Source: Amoebophrya sp. A120 (taxonomy: Eukaryota; Protista; Dinoflagellata). From it: 64,000 bases of DNA. The DNA lies in assembly GCA_905178155.1 (NCBI GenBank), contig CAJINV010000004.1, forward strand, positions 9,873,570 to 9,937,569. The letters are read 5' to 3'. Below the pieces are notes generated by a model. It did no database searches, was not told where the DNA came from, and saw only the letters and a program-made list of their open reading frames with translations. Both the position numbers and the translations under genes were made by a program. Positions 35,907-48,717 of the stretch are shown in pieces (the stretch's first letter is position 1; every line of letters begins with the position of its first letter).

Positions 35907-38900
35907 GAAACGCGAAAAAATGAAAATCCAAAATTCAAATTTTGAGAGAGGCATCGCATGAAAAATAATTGCTATCCTCCGGGCCCCGATGGATTCCGTT
36001 CCAACTTCCCTGCGGCGCTGACCTTCGTCGCGCCGGTGTCGTGCCGATTTTTTTTTTTCTTCGCGGAATTCGCATTGCGGCCTCTGCTGGAGAGCTCCGA
36101 AGGGTTGCAGAGTGCGCGTTTTCGCGGCTCTGGCCCCTATGTGGTGGCCGGGTGGCGTTCCTTCTCCTGCCCGCGTGACCTGCCGGCGAGAGGTTTCTAT
36201 GCTTCATCTTTTGACCTCAGACCGTGTGGCTCCGGCCTTCTCGGGATTTTCCGACATCGGCACCTGCATTGTTACTGCCCCACGGTGGGCGCCTGTTAGC
36301 GCCGAGGCCTTCACTGGCAGGGGGGTTGGTTGTCTCCTTGCTGTTTTTTCGTTTCGGTTTTCAAAATTCCTCGGGCGCTGTGGTTTTTTCAAAATCCAGC
36401 CGGCGGGCCCACTTGCTTCTCTTTTGGGAGCGGCCTGACCCTGCCGAGCCTTTCCGCCCCTGTTCGATCGTTTAGAGGTCGCAGAAGCAGGCACCGGGGG
36501 TGAGGCTCCAGCCCATTTACTGTAACCGCCAGAACGCTGGCCCAGGCTTCTCGGGGTTTTGCCTCGAAGGCAGACCCTTCGCCTTCTCATCCGCAATGCC
36601 CTATCTTTTCTTCCGGCCTTTCGACAAAAAAACCTATCGTCAAAAGGGTAGCGTGTGTATTTCTTTCAACCTTCAGAAGGTAGGCAGTGTCCTGAACACC
36701 AGGGCGCGCGCCTTTTGATGACGAGGCGAAACCGCAGAAGTTTAGCAGCCTCCCAGGCCGCAAAAAAAGCAGAATCAGCATGACCACGAAAAGCCTTCAG
36801 GTGGGTGAGGCTGAAACTGGCACCCCCCCCAGGTTTTTTGCGGCCCCTTTTCAATTTCCTGTCTGCCGGCGAGATAATCGCGCACCCGCGTTGTGCGCGC
36901 ACTTGCTTCCTCGGGCGCACTTTTGAGGCAGCACCAGGCAGCGCAACTTTCTTGCGCAAGGCCGAACGCCCTCACTCGGACAAAGCCAAACCCTCTGGGG
37001 CGGGCTCTTCTCCTCCCGAAGGCCCCGCAAGCTCCCTTGTTTTTTTTATGTTGCCGCGGCGCGATGTGTTTTCTCGACTGCGCGGCCCAAAAGGCGGGCC
37101 GCGCCCGCCCTGTCCAAAAAAAAAACCATAAGAAGAGCACGATAGCCCATTTGGAAAAGTGGTCCGCTGTGTGTGGCCTCTGGGCGGTGTGATGACCCAT
37201 CTATGTGGCCCCGCTCTGGGTTCTTGGGGAGGGCACCAGCCTGAAAGGAAAAGGGCCCCGCCGCAAATGGCAATGCAGACAGTCCCTGCCCCTCCGGCCG
37301 GGCGGAAGGCTAAGGCCGGCACCTTGGCAGCTTAGTTGGGTCAATTGTCGCTCCACCCCTGTCTATTTCATATTTTGCCCGAGCGGGCAGCGAGTCTGTG
37401 GGCGCTCTTGCTTTTCTTTATAGGAGCCTGCCAGCCCCCCCAAAATGCGAAAAAGAAAAACGCCGCGCCTCGGTCCGCGCGTCCTCGTTCTTGTGGGACA
37501 TCCGTCGGGGGGCGCAGCTTCGCAGCTGCGACGCCGGCGCGACCCCAGTCGATATTAGCTTTCCAGCGGGCGTCTCTGCCGGCAAGCCACGGGCGGGCGG
37601 AAGTCAGACAGGCGGCGGAGCAGATGGGCCGCGCCAGTCCGCGTAGGCTTTGTTTGGCACGATGTTGCGCCGCAGCGAGCGCATGACAGGCAAACAAGCG
37701 GCCGTAAAAATCCCAGCAACTGACACGCGACATCGCGAGTATTTTGACCTTTCACAGCCCTCGGATGGAAGAAGCGCCATACCTGCCCCGCGGGAACGCG
37801 CTCGTGGCGAGTAGTTCCGGTTTGCAGACTTGTGGCCATTTTTGCATTGAAGAAATGCATGCTGTTGAACAGCCTAAAGTCCTTTAGGGCTTCAGCCCTC
37901 CTCTTCTGCACGTGACTCACGGCGCGGGCCATTTTACGGACGCGGCGCGTTTAATTTGTCACGGACCTCGAGGGCACTTGCAGGCGACGAGGGCGCTCGC
38001 TCCTAGGCGGCGCGCTAGAAGTTGTGTGGCGATCTCTGTGATGGAGTTGGGCGCTTTTCCCAGCAGCCCAAGATCGCTTTCACAAAGTCCACAGCCGTCG
38101 CGCGTCTTCTGTCCTTTTGATGGAGAAAACAATCGCACCTGCCTGCATAATGGCACACGGGGCGAACAAATAAAAGACGCGCCCTAAGAACATTTGCCAT
38201 AGGGATCAGGCCGAAGAGGGATCTTTTCAAAACCTTTGCCCCTCTCATATGATGGAGCGGTGGGCTGATAGTATGCAGCGGTGGGCTGAAACTGTTCACC
38301 ATTTTCTGGAGTTTGAGTATATAAATTGGGACCTCAAAACACATGGAGAGAGGCCGAGAAAGACTACATGGACTTACCAACGGGGTCAAAATTCCGGCAT
38401 AGGGTTCATGTTAGACGAAACCTTCGGTGATCAAAGACAGAGGCCCGGGAGCTGGAGTTCGGGTACCGTGTGCAAAAGTGTGGTAGTAACTCCGCATAAT
38501 GTGCTCGACCTCAAGCGAACCGAGGGGCCACAGCAACTGCGGCATGCCATATTACTTCCAAAAGCCTTCCCCTTTTGTGATTGTGTTTCGTAGTGATTCG
38601 ACTCTACTAGAGCTAGACTGTGAGTTGCATAAAAGCGGAAGCGCCGCACTTTAATGCACGGGATACAAGGCTCTTTTGATCACCTTCTGGGCGACTCTTT
38701 GAAGACGGGAAACGAGGCGTCCGCAACTTTCCTTCTTACACCTGGAGAGCTAAATGGGCTCTTTGCGGTGATTCAGATGCAGGGGTTCTACGAGGGGGAC
38801 TTTTACCAAATGGTGTAGCAATTACATCTGCTTTCCGTGCTCTCCGTCCCGTCGAGGACTTGAAGACATCGGTCGTCCGCTCTCGGCCCTCTAAGGCAGC

Positions 38901-40619
38901 GTCTGGGGTTGTGCGGCTCTTTGAACGCGGCGCGACAAATCCAGACGCCCCCTGCGGCCCGACTTTTTATCGCCGGCGCGCCAATGCAAGAACACCCAGC
39001 CCTTTGGGATCTTTCTTTCCGTTCCTCCGGGAAAAAGAAGATATACGCGCCAGGCATCCATACAAAATAATAAATAGGCCAAGCAGGCTCGCTCGGTGTA
39101 GTATGTAATAAACACTCACCGACCCAATGGGTAGGTAGGAGTGTTTTAGAACTTTAGGAGGTGGCACTCCCCGGCCCTTGTGGCTCGCACTTCTGATAGT
39201 GGGACACCACAAAGGCCGACCAGCTCCGCACTTCAGGGTGCGCGTAAGGTCGGCTGCCAGTGCAGCTAGGCTTCTGCTCTTAGTTCTTTTACTTCCAACG
39301 GCGAACGCAGCACCAGGAGCCCAGGCCAGACGGAAGGCGCTGAAGCCCGGCAGAGACCCCTCTCCGACTCCACGGAGGTGCGAGCCGCCTTGCGAAAACC
39401 ACAAGCGGCGCCGCCTAGTTGCGGGGAAGATCTAGCAGTCGGACCATCGCCAGGAGGCAAGGTGCCAGCCTCGTGTAGAAGCCAGGCGCGAAAGGCTTTG
39501 CTTCTACCGCCTGGACTAGCAGACCGGACCCGCGGGGACCTAATGGAAAGCGTGCCGCCTTTGACTTCCGGGCGGGGCCGAATCCTCGAGCCTGTTGGGT
39601 GCATAAGAAAGCGAAATTTTTGGAGCTGATTTCTTTCCTCCCGGGCCGAGGAGCGCCGTTCCTTGCCGGGACGAACCTGCGCAGGGTCGCGCCGAAAGCC
39701 CCGCAGCGGTGCTGATGAACAAGCGCGGCACCTCCGCGGCACTGCCGCGCCCGATCCCCTCAGACAAGCCCGCTGGCTAGGCGGAAAAAAAAAACCCCCT
39801 GCGGGTGCGCGGGATCCGCACATCAGCGCTGCAAAGGCTGCAGAAGTAGGAGAAAGACTTAGGCGAAAGCAGCAAAGTAAAGGGGTAGAGAACTGGCCAA
39901 ACCTACAAGGGCGCAGCGGAGATGGGGCGGAGAGAAAGCAAAGGGCCAGTAGAAAGACATCAGACTGAGACGGGCGAGGCAAAATAAAAGGGCAGAGCCC
40001 TACAGCTGCAGGGGCGCATGCAAAAGAGAGCTGGCGGAGGATTTGATAAGCAGCAGCATCGCGGGGGCGTACGAATTTGCGAGGTAGCTCCAGGAGGGCA
40101 AAATGTACGAACTGCAGCGCAAGCGTATGAGCCGCCACACAGGGCGATACCAATGAGAACAACAGAGGCAGAGAATGCCGCAAAAAAGTGTCATCCAAAG
40201 CAGCGAGCGGGCAAGCAGGGGCCGCATGACCGTTGCGCAATCAAAACATACAGAGCAGCAGTGGGGGGCTCAGAACTCGCGCGGCGCGTCAGTTTTCGCT
40301 AGGGCCCATTTTCGTTCCGCTTCTTATCTTCAACTACCCCATGCGACAGGTTAAGCGTTCCCCTAATTCTCGCAGTTCGCTCCGGCTACAGCGACCTACC
40401 CAAGCTGCAGCTTTGATTTTGCGTTGCAATAAATATACATTCATAGACGCGTTGTAGTCACCTTCTTCATGTTTGCCAGCCCCGCCCCCGCCTTTCTTCG
40501 CCCAGAATGAGGCTTGCCGCGCTTCGAACCCCGCAGGCGGAGAGTGTATTGCAGACAATACCGTGGGAAAGGGCGAGGGCGAACTAACTCGCGCGGGGCG
40601 CGAATCCTATTTTTACAAC

Positions 40620-42275
40620 ATGATTAAGACGAGCAAGAGGGCCGATGCACATCCAGCAGGTGCAGCGCAAGGAAATAGAGCTGAACCTGCAAAAGCACCC
40701 GCGGATGCGGATACTAGCAGCGGCGCGACAAAGCAAGATGAGGCTCAGACACGACAGGCGAGGTGGTCGCAGGCTGTCGTACAGGAATGGGAAACCGCTC
40801 TGGCAAGCGAGCGTGCCGCACCTGCTGAACATGAAAGCGCTGGCGCTGGGGGAGCTGGAGGCAATGCCCGCAAGGCCAAGGACCACGACAACCAGGGCCA
40901 ACAACTGCAGCTCGACCAGTTAAAGGGCGGCGACGTAGTGCGTTGGAACTGCCAGACGCTCGTTTTGGTGCTTGGCGGTTTCTTTGGTGGAACGATGGGC
41001 GACTACTACACGACAATGAATGGCGTTTGGGGTTCGTACGTACTGGGCCTGCGGCCGCCCGAATATTTCGAAGCAGTTCCGGAAAAACCTAGCGTTGCGG
41101 AGAGATTGCCTAGCGTTGCTGAGAGATTGGCGGCAAGGTTCACCGGGTGGGGCGAGATGTTCTCCGCCGGGACTAGTGGCCCGGGCGAGGAGCCAGCACG
41201 CCCTGCCCGACCTGAGGCCACGGCCCCGGGACAAGGCATAGGCGCGGTCAGCTCCAACGACCCACACCCCTTCAAAGATGCAGGCGAGCTGCCTCCCGGC
41301 GGCACCGCCCTAGTGGAGCTTCGTCTACACACCCCGACACCAAGCAAGGACAATTCGGCGGTCGCCCGTAGCGTCGCCGCGCTGCCGCACTCACAACAAC
41401 TTCCGTCAGGGGCAGACGAACTGGGATCTGTGGAGCCGGGAGCGACACGCTCCGCAGATTACAGGTCGAATGATGCAAATCATGGCGGCGACCGCGGCGC
41501 AGCCAGAGCTCCGAAGCACTCGGATGAAGTAGAGGGCGCGGCTTTGGGTAAAGTAATGTCCCCTACCAAAGCGGAACTGGTGTCCGGGCACGCTTCAGGC
41601 CAAGCACTACAGAAAGCCTCGTCATCGGCCGAAAGAACGACGAGCAAAATGAGTGCAAGGACAGCGAGCACAGTTGGCGGCGAGACTGAGGATGCGGAGG
41701 TGCAGTTTGATGCGGTAGGCGGTTTGTCACCAGTGTCCCCGATCAAAGAAACTCAAACGGCTTCACTACCACCACAAACAAGTGCGCACCCCCGTACAAG
41801 TCATGCGGGATATCGTGGTAGCAGTAGCACCAGTTCCCCTTCCATGCGCGTTACTGACGTGCGACCAGAGCCCGGCGCCAGCGGCTTCACGGAGGTTGCT
41901 GCGATGCACGGTGACTTGGCTGGTGCAGAAGGTCAAACCCTGTTCGCGAATTTGTGGAGCTGCATCTTCAGCAGTCCTGCAACAAAGCGACACCAGCTCA
42001 GCAACCACGATACAACTTTTGTGGAGAAGGAGGTGGGCCGCTCCATGACGGTTTCCTCGGAAAAACCGACCAGCCACGTCTGGGACTGCATCTTGCGCAC
42101 CTGGTCGTCCAGCAACGCGGACCACGCAAGAGCTACGCGCCTCCTGTTCCACTTTTGCGGAAGTATCGCCCTGGTCCTCGTGCTATCGATCGTGTGGTGT
42201 TGCGGGGTTCGGGGGTCCGGATGGTGCAGCAAAAAGGTCCTGAAGGACCAGTTCCGGCCTATGGATTGCGAATAG
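40620..42275 (+). CDS. Hypothetical membrane-anchored protein
   Basis: Long ORF with hydrophobic segments LVLVLGGFFGG and SIALVLVLSIVWCC. It may continue into the 42551-43241 frame through an intron. Confidence 0.6.
   Translation: MIKTSKRADAHPAGAAQGNRAEPAKAPADADTSSGATKQDEAQTRQARWSQAVVQEWETALASERAAPAEHESAGAGGAGGNARKAKDHDNQGQQLQLDQLKGGDVVRWNCQTLVLVLGGFFGGTMGDYYTTMNGVWGSYVLGLRPPEYFEAVPEKPSVAERLPSVAERLAARFTGWGEMFSAGTSGPGEEPARPARPEATAPGQGIGAVSSNDPHPFKDAGELPPGGTALVELRLHTPTPSKDNSAVARSVAALPHSQQLPSGADELGSVEPGATRSADYRSNDANHGGDRGAARAPKHSDEVEGAALGKVMSPTKAELVSGHASGQALQKASSSAERTTSKMSARTASTVGGETEDAEVQFDAVGGLSPVSPIKETQTASLPPQTSAHPRTSHAGYRGSSSTSSPSMRVTDVRPEPGASGFTEVAAMHGDLAGAEGQTLFANLWSCIFSSPATKRHQLSNHDTTFVEKEVGRSMTVSSEKPTSHVWDCILRTWSSSNADHARATRLLFHFCGSIALVLVLSIVWCCGVRGSGWCSKKVLKDQFRPMDCE
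41088..41129 (+). repeat. 21-nt in-frame tandem duplication (PSVAERL x2)
   Basis: cctagcgttgcggagagattg followed by cctagcgttgctgagagattg. Confidence 0.85.
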
Positions 42276-42550
42276 AGTGTCGCGCACGTCGGTGTCGGAA
42301 AAAGTACGCTGCAAAATTCGAACTCGTTAAACTGAAAACAAAAATAGCTTAGCTAATTTGGTAAAGAGTTGTGGTTTTGCACATCACGGTAGGTCTACTC
42401 ATCATGTAGGAGCTCACGTAGGATCTCCATCCGTAAGAGGATTGCATTCAGTCGTGGTCATGCAAGGTTATTGCAGTTTGTATTCCACCACGTCGCGCAT
42501 GCTAAACGTGTCCCAACGATACAACGGATCCTCCCCTCGGTATTTCGCAG

Positions 42551-43241
42551 GCGCAACCTACGCGCGCACCCATCTGAACCTGCTGACGACGAGGATTTGG
42601 ACGGGCTGGAAACCGCAGACGAGCAGCGGGCGTTGCGGCAGGCGGGACGAGGTGGACATGGATCCTCCAAGCTTTTCATGGTGGGCAGCGCGGGCGGTGG
42701 TGACACGACTTACGATCGAGATGATGCAAGCCCTGTTCTTGCCGATAAAACGCGCAAGTGCAACAACTACGGCGCGACCGGTTTGTACGCAGCTACCACG
42801 GAGGACTCTCATTTGCAGCAGGCTGAGCCGGAAGACTGCGGCGGAGTAAGCGGTCGTGTTCGTAATAAGAACGGCCCGCGGGTGGAGACGGAGCACGACT
42901 GCCAGCGGTCGGCAAGTTACGAAAAAACCAGGAGCTCAAAACGCAATCCTCCAGCTCCATGTCGTTCTTCGCCAGCATCGGGGGGTGCATGGGATCCGGG
43001 GATGTTGAACAAGGCTGACACTAGCAAGCCATCCACTTCTTCCACTGCAACCGAACATGAGCAGAAACACGGCAACTACTCCGAGCAAGAGCGAGATGAA
43101 AGTGGCGTCGACAATGCGACGCTGATGAGCGACCTGTTTGTCCCCGAACTAAAAGTCGATGAGCTTGATGATGGCGATTATATCGTGCGTGAGAACAACT
43201 ACTCCAGCCTCGCTTTTGTTGCGCTTCCAGTTCCACGCTAG
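42551..43241 (+). CDS. Probable coding exon (3' exon of the preceding gene, or a small separate gene)
   Basis: Open frame of about 230 codons with coding-like composition, preceded by an acceptor-like tttcgcag at 42543-42550. The donor was not established. Confidence 0.4.
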
Positions 43242-44086
43242 AGAGTGGGAAGGCGAATGTAATTGCGAATACAACTTGATATCGCGGGTTCTATTATCCC
43301 TATCCGCGACAGGTTTTTTCATCTTCAACTGCAGCTTTTACATCGTAGTAGTGAAGGCCAAGAAGAAGGCCGTTCTTCTTGCATCTCTGTGTTGACTGCC
43401 GAGGATCATGTTGCATGAGAAATAGGAGCAAGTGCAAGGGGGAGTAGTTGTCACACAGGATGTTCGTGGACGTGGAGCAAGCGGGCTGCGATCCAGATGA
43501 CAAAGTGTAAATACACGCGTGTCCTCCGTGGAAGGTTTCTGCAGTTGGACATGCGTGAAAGTCCGCTACTCTGGCACCGGAAGTTTGGTACGTTATCTTT
43601 ATTCAACCAGAGGACGAGCTGTTTCTTAAGCAGCATGGGGAAAAAACGCGAGCTACCAATTGACCATACAAAAATTGCAGATGACGAGAATGCAATGAAG
43701 AGCACGTACGTGTTGAGTAATGTTGTGCAAGAAGTACGCTGTTGTTCTCTCATCAGCAATCTCTGCCCTCACAGTCCTCACCGTCACCACATGCGCATAC
43801 TCTTGTTTTCTTCTTGCAGCTTGAGTTTCTATTGCCCTTGTACCTTTCCGTTGAAGGAGACAAGAAGAAGTTAACGAAAGGGTGTCTGAAAATGGCACCT
43901 CTACGTATAACCATAATGCATTCAGCGCTGCGTAGTACTTTAACGAAGAGAGCAAGAGTGACGTGAAGTTGAGAAGTGAGAAAAAAATTTTTGAAGATAG
44001 CCCTAGCAAGCAGGGTGCTGTTATTAAGGATCACAATCTACAGCACTCTTTCTCTTTGTCTAAAGAGTCATTTTAAGAAACCAAAA

Positions 44087-45664
44087 ATGCTTGAAGACGA
44101 TTTTGACGACCTCTTGGGCGGCGCTGATGTGGCCGACCCGTCGCAGGCGGACAGAGCGCGCGCCGAAGAAGACGCGGAAATGTTGCGTAGGATGGCGGAC
44201 AAGCAGAAGCAGCAAAAACAGGAAAAAATGCTTGATCTGGAACTGCCCGCTCCGACCGTGATGTCAATCGCGATGGACGACGGGACGCCGGTCCACAGCG
44301 ACGACGAGCAGAAGCAGAGGAACAGAGAAAAAAACGGTAGGTCGCCGGCGTTGGATGGCGGGCTCGATTCTTGGTACAGCATGGACGACGCAAAAGCAAA
44401 TTCGGCGGCCGCGACAAGGATGCTGAACCACAGCACCAGTGACCCGCCTGTTCTTCCCGCCGGAGGACCACTCGACGGGAAAAATGTTGGGAACAACGTA
44501 AGCACCGGGTTACTGTCGTCCACTACTTCATCTACGTCTGCGACCCTTCCGCGCCCTCCGAATTCTTTGGCACCGGTCGGCAGCGGCGGACATGAAGAGC
44601 TCATTCCTTCCATCACATCGCAACCACCAAGTGTGGCGTCTGTCGAAGCTAGCCGCACCACCAGGATAACGAACCTGCTAAGTGGTGCCGGCAGCTCGGG
44701 TCCGACTTCGTATCCTACTTCAATAGCCGCAGGACCCATTGATGGGTCACGAACGAGAATTGGAGGTGCTGATCCGTTGCCAGGACAACCATCTGGTGCT
44801 GCAGCCAACAACGTGATTGTGGAGGAAGATGCTGACGTCGACCCGTTCGCGGAGATCATCCCGCTGGACAAGCTAAAATCCGGAGCCCTCGCGGCCAAGT
44901 CTTTCTTCGATTGGAGCTTTTCCGCCGTGAAAGAATCAGACGCCGTGAAAACCCTTTCGGCGCAGGCCGGGAAAGTGCAAGAGGACTGGATGAAGAGCGA
45001 GGTACTTACGTAAATTTTACGTGCAGTCATGGTTAACGATCCGTGTAGGGATAGTACCTTTTCATTTTCTGTCGCAGGTCGTTTCTCTAAGACCCTGTTT
45101 ATGGTCGCGCATAGATAACAATTCCCTCGTACTGAGGTGCGCACTGCATTACGTCGAGGACGACACTTTTCTTTCAGAAACAAATCTACCATCAACTAGG
45201 TCCGCGCCGGACTCGCCGAGACTGGCTCGGTGGTGCAAGAGGGACTCCACGAAATCAAGCAAGATTTTAAGTCCGTGGCGGAGGATATGTCCACGTCGAC
45301 CTCGGCGATTCAGGAACAGTTGCAACCAACCTGGGAGGCCAGTAAAACGGGGCTGAAGAAATTCGCCACCTCTGCTGCCACCGCCGCGATTTGGTTTCAG
45401 TCGATGGGACGGGGGATGGACGGAATGAGCAGTGACGAAGAGATGCACGCGGCGGGGCCACGACCAGGCGCTAGTGCTGCAACGGGTCATCTGCATAGGG
45501 CGAAAGATGGCGTGGCTGCAAACACCGGAACCTTTAGCGGCAGTAGTACGTCAAGCACGACGTCGTCCAGTGGGAGCGGAGAGCTGGGAGGGGAGCAAGG
45601 CACGGTTCTTCCAGGGGCTCAGAGTGCGCCTGTGCAAGACAGAGCCATGTTTGATCTGTTTTAA
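44087..45664 (+). CDS. Hypothetical protein; 2 exons
   Basis: Exons 44087-45001 and 45200-45664 join in frame across the GT-AG intron 45002-45199. Confidence 0.72.
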
Positions 45665-46533
45665 ATGCGTGTGGTGAAAGAAGCGGGCCCTTCCACTTCG
45701 CATGGCTAGTAGGTGGCGGTGATGAAGATCATTTTTTTAAAATTCAAAACTAGACGAAGCAGGTAATTTGTTGCAAACTAAATCTAACGCCGCGTTTTTC
45801 GACATAATCAACAATCATTGCCGATACACTTGATTTCGTTCTGTATCCGTGCTGCAGAATTTCAGAGTTCTGCTCTAAATTCAAATCGATCAGAACTGAA
45901 CAATGATTGAAATCGGACAGAATCACCTGCACCACCGTGATCCCTGGAAGTATCAAGATCTGTCTAGGAGAGCTCTGGAAAGTGCCAAATTCTAAATCTG
46001 AATTGACGTGAAGATGATCAAGGATCATCAGCAGGTGTTGCAAAAGAGTACTCTGTTTGGATGCGGAATTTCTATTTGTAAGAGAACAAAAAGAACCGAC
46101 TTCAACTTGATTGGCAGTTATGTAACTTCACGACGCCCTAAAACTCAATTCAAAATTGGAGGATCAAAATCCGCATTTCTATCCATGGTCCTGAACAGCC
46201 TTTTGAAACGCGATCCAAGTCTAAATTTAGATCCATAGAACGCAAAGTGGAGATGCCTGCTGCGTGGTCTACTATCGACTGATCTGGAAAAGATTTCTCT
46301 AGCGAATGACGATCTTGTTCGGAAAATCTAAATTCAATGATCCAAAGGCACCACTCCTGAAACCGCGATTTAGATCTAACTAAAGAGTAAATCTTGGAAA
46401 TCTTCTTGTTCCATTTCTCTAAATCTCTCCTCTCTCCAATTTTCTCCTCACAGGGACCAACGAAGAAGTAGGACATTAGTTCCTCTAAAACTCCCCGAAG
46501 TAAAACTTCTCAACAAAAACAAAACTCGACAAA

Positions 46534-47398
46534 ATGGGTCGCATGTACGGACGCGGAAAGGGTATCTCCAGCAGTGCCATGCCGTACCGCCGCCGCGCCC
46601 CAACGTGGCTGAAGATGAAGGATACCGAGGTGGAGGACCACATCTGCAAGTTGGCCAAGAAGGGTCTGACCCCCTCCCAGATCGGTGTCACCCTGCGTGA
46701 CTCCTTCGGGATCCCGCAGGTTAAGAGCGTCACCGGACAGAAGATCCTGCGCATCCTCAAGAAGCGCCAGTTGGCCCCGACGGTACTAAGCGTTTATTGA
46801 TAAAAAAGATTTATTTGCGTGTGATTTCTTTCTTCTTTTTTCCATTTGAGATTTCAGTAGATAGATTTCGTGGACTTTCTCTATTATCTCTCGTGACGGG
46901 GAAATTTTCAATTCATCGCGTTTTAGATTTCAGTCAGCGATAGTCTAATCTGCAAGTACCCCTCACCGCGCGGTCATGGACGACTTTGGTCGCGAAACGT
47001 GCTGCGTAACATGTGAATGAGCGAGAAAGAGGGTAGAGAGAGGCACAAGAAGAGGAGCGAATGTGGTATTAAAGCACGTCAGATGAAGACACACACAGCA
47101 CTCTCGTAACGTCACCAGCGTAATAGATATGAGTGTTAGCAGAAGTACACCAGCACGAATCTTCATCTTTCTGCTCGAATAACAACAGGTCCCGGAGGAT
47201 TTGCACCACCTGATTAAGAAGGCCATCTCCATCCGCAAGCACTTGGAGCGCGCCAACAAGGATAAGGATTCCAAGTTCCGCTTGATCCTCAACGAGTCCC
47301 GCATCCACCGCTTGGCCCGCTACTACCGTCGTGTCAAGGCCCTGCCGGCCGCCTGGAAGTACCGCGCTGAGACCGCCTCCGCTCTCCTCAACGCCTAA
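46534..47398 (+). CDS. RPS13: 40S ribosomal protein S13 (uS15); 2 exons
   Basis: [20 protein letters not shown]...[16 protein letters not shown]...[49 protein letters not shown] intron 46783-47188. Confidence 0.98.
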
Positions 47399-48717
47399 GT
47401 GGACGACCTTTTGGTCTCTCTGTTGATGGGAGGATCAGAATCGGATTTTCCAGAGGAGCGACTACCTCTCAGCTAGTAACGCTTTCGTGGATTTTTGCAA
47501 GAGAGACGTGAAGCTTATGCGGTGAATTTGATGATTCATCTTCCCTACATGTGGTCTTCACTTCTACGCACTGAAGAATCCAAATCGCAGAGCAGATGTT
47601 GAGAGACAGCAGAGGTGATAGATAGTCTTTATTCCTCATGCTGTGAAGTAGAACGCTACAACGAAAATCGAACACCAATTGTTGAAAGTTTTTACTTCGT
47701 TGGAGTTGAATAAGAAAGAGACACCGGGTGTCTGGCAGTGCGCGTGAAGGATCCCGCACAGCAGGGACGTTAAGGAGGAGAGTTTATTCAGACAGTGTTC
47801 TGCCATAGTCGAGCGTTTGTTGGTGGGATGAAGCGAACCCTGCTCGTGCCATGTGATATTGCAATGATGGGATCTTGCACTTTTTTCCCCGAGAGGTTTG
47901 TGACTTTCCCGTTCTTGGCAGAGGTTTCTCGTCGCGGCTCGAAGCCTCGGTGTTGTGAATGCTGCTTTGGCAAATTCTTTGACACACAGTGATCTGCTAG
48001 ATCTAATTCTTTAAATGGCCGCTTCGATGTATTTTTCCTGTTTTATCCACCCAATTCGCATTGTGGCACATAGTGCTAAGTTCTTGTCGTCGTGTGGTTC
48101 TTCAGAGGAATGAAGAAAATGCAGAAATAACGCGTTTTTTCCGTGTGAAAGTCGATTTGAAATTGCAGATGAGCGCTCGTCGAACAAACGCCCATTTTGA
48201 CTACGTCGCTCCATTACCATTCTTTGGTTCGAACGACGTCAGTGGTGTAGCAATTTGAACAAATGGAGCTGTTACTTTCTGATCGAAATATCCGCGTTGC
48301 CTATTGCGGCCGAAGAACTTCTCTGAGGACGATGGTTTGCCGTCGTCTGCAGACAGCGGCAAGGCCATCAATTGAGCTTTTCCACATTTCCAAATAGAAC
48401 AAGGCTCGTCAGGAATTAACATCTTGATCTTAAAGGAGTTCAGCACCTTTCAACAGTGTTGGGGGTATCAATCTTCAAAGTGTGTGTCCGTCTCCGTGTC
48501 AAAAACCTCCGCATGAAATGGAAATCCAGTACAAACCATAGCATTTTTGTGCAGAAGAAGGTGAGTGAGTAATTGCGAACGACAAGGAAACATACGTACC
48601 TAGTTCCCTGTAGGCTCAGCGCGAGTGGTTTTTCATCTGCATCTAACTCTGCGTAACATCCAGAATTAAGTGTGTAGTTTCATCTTCCTTTTCCTTTCGG
48701 TACCGTGACCGACAATC

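Noticed and set aside
44068-45195. Long minus-strand ORFs (also 21133-22056, 39266-40240 and 57371-58198)
   Set aside because: They are antisense shadows of GC-rich + strand exons or low-complexity sequence, with no recognisable motifs.
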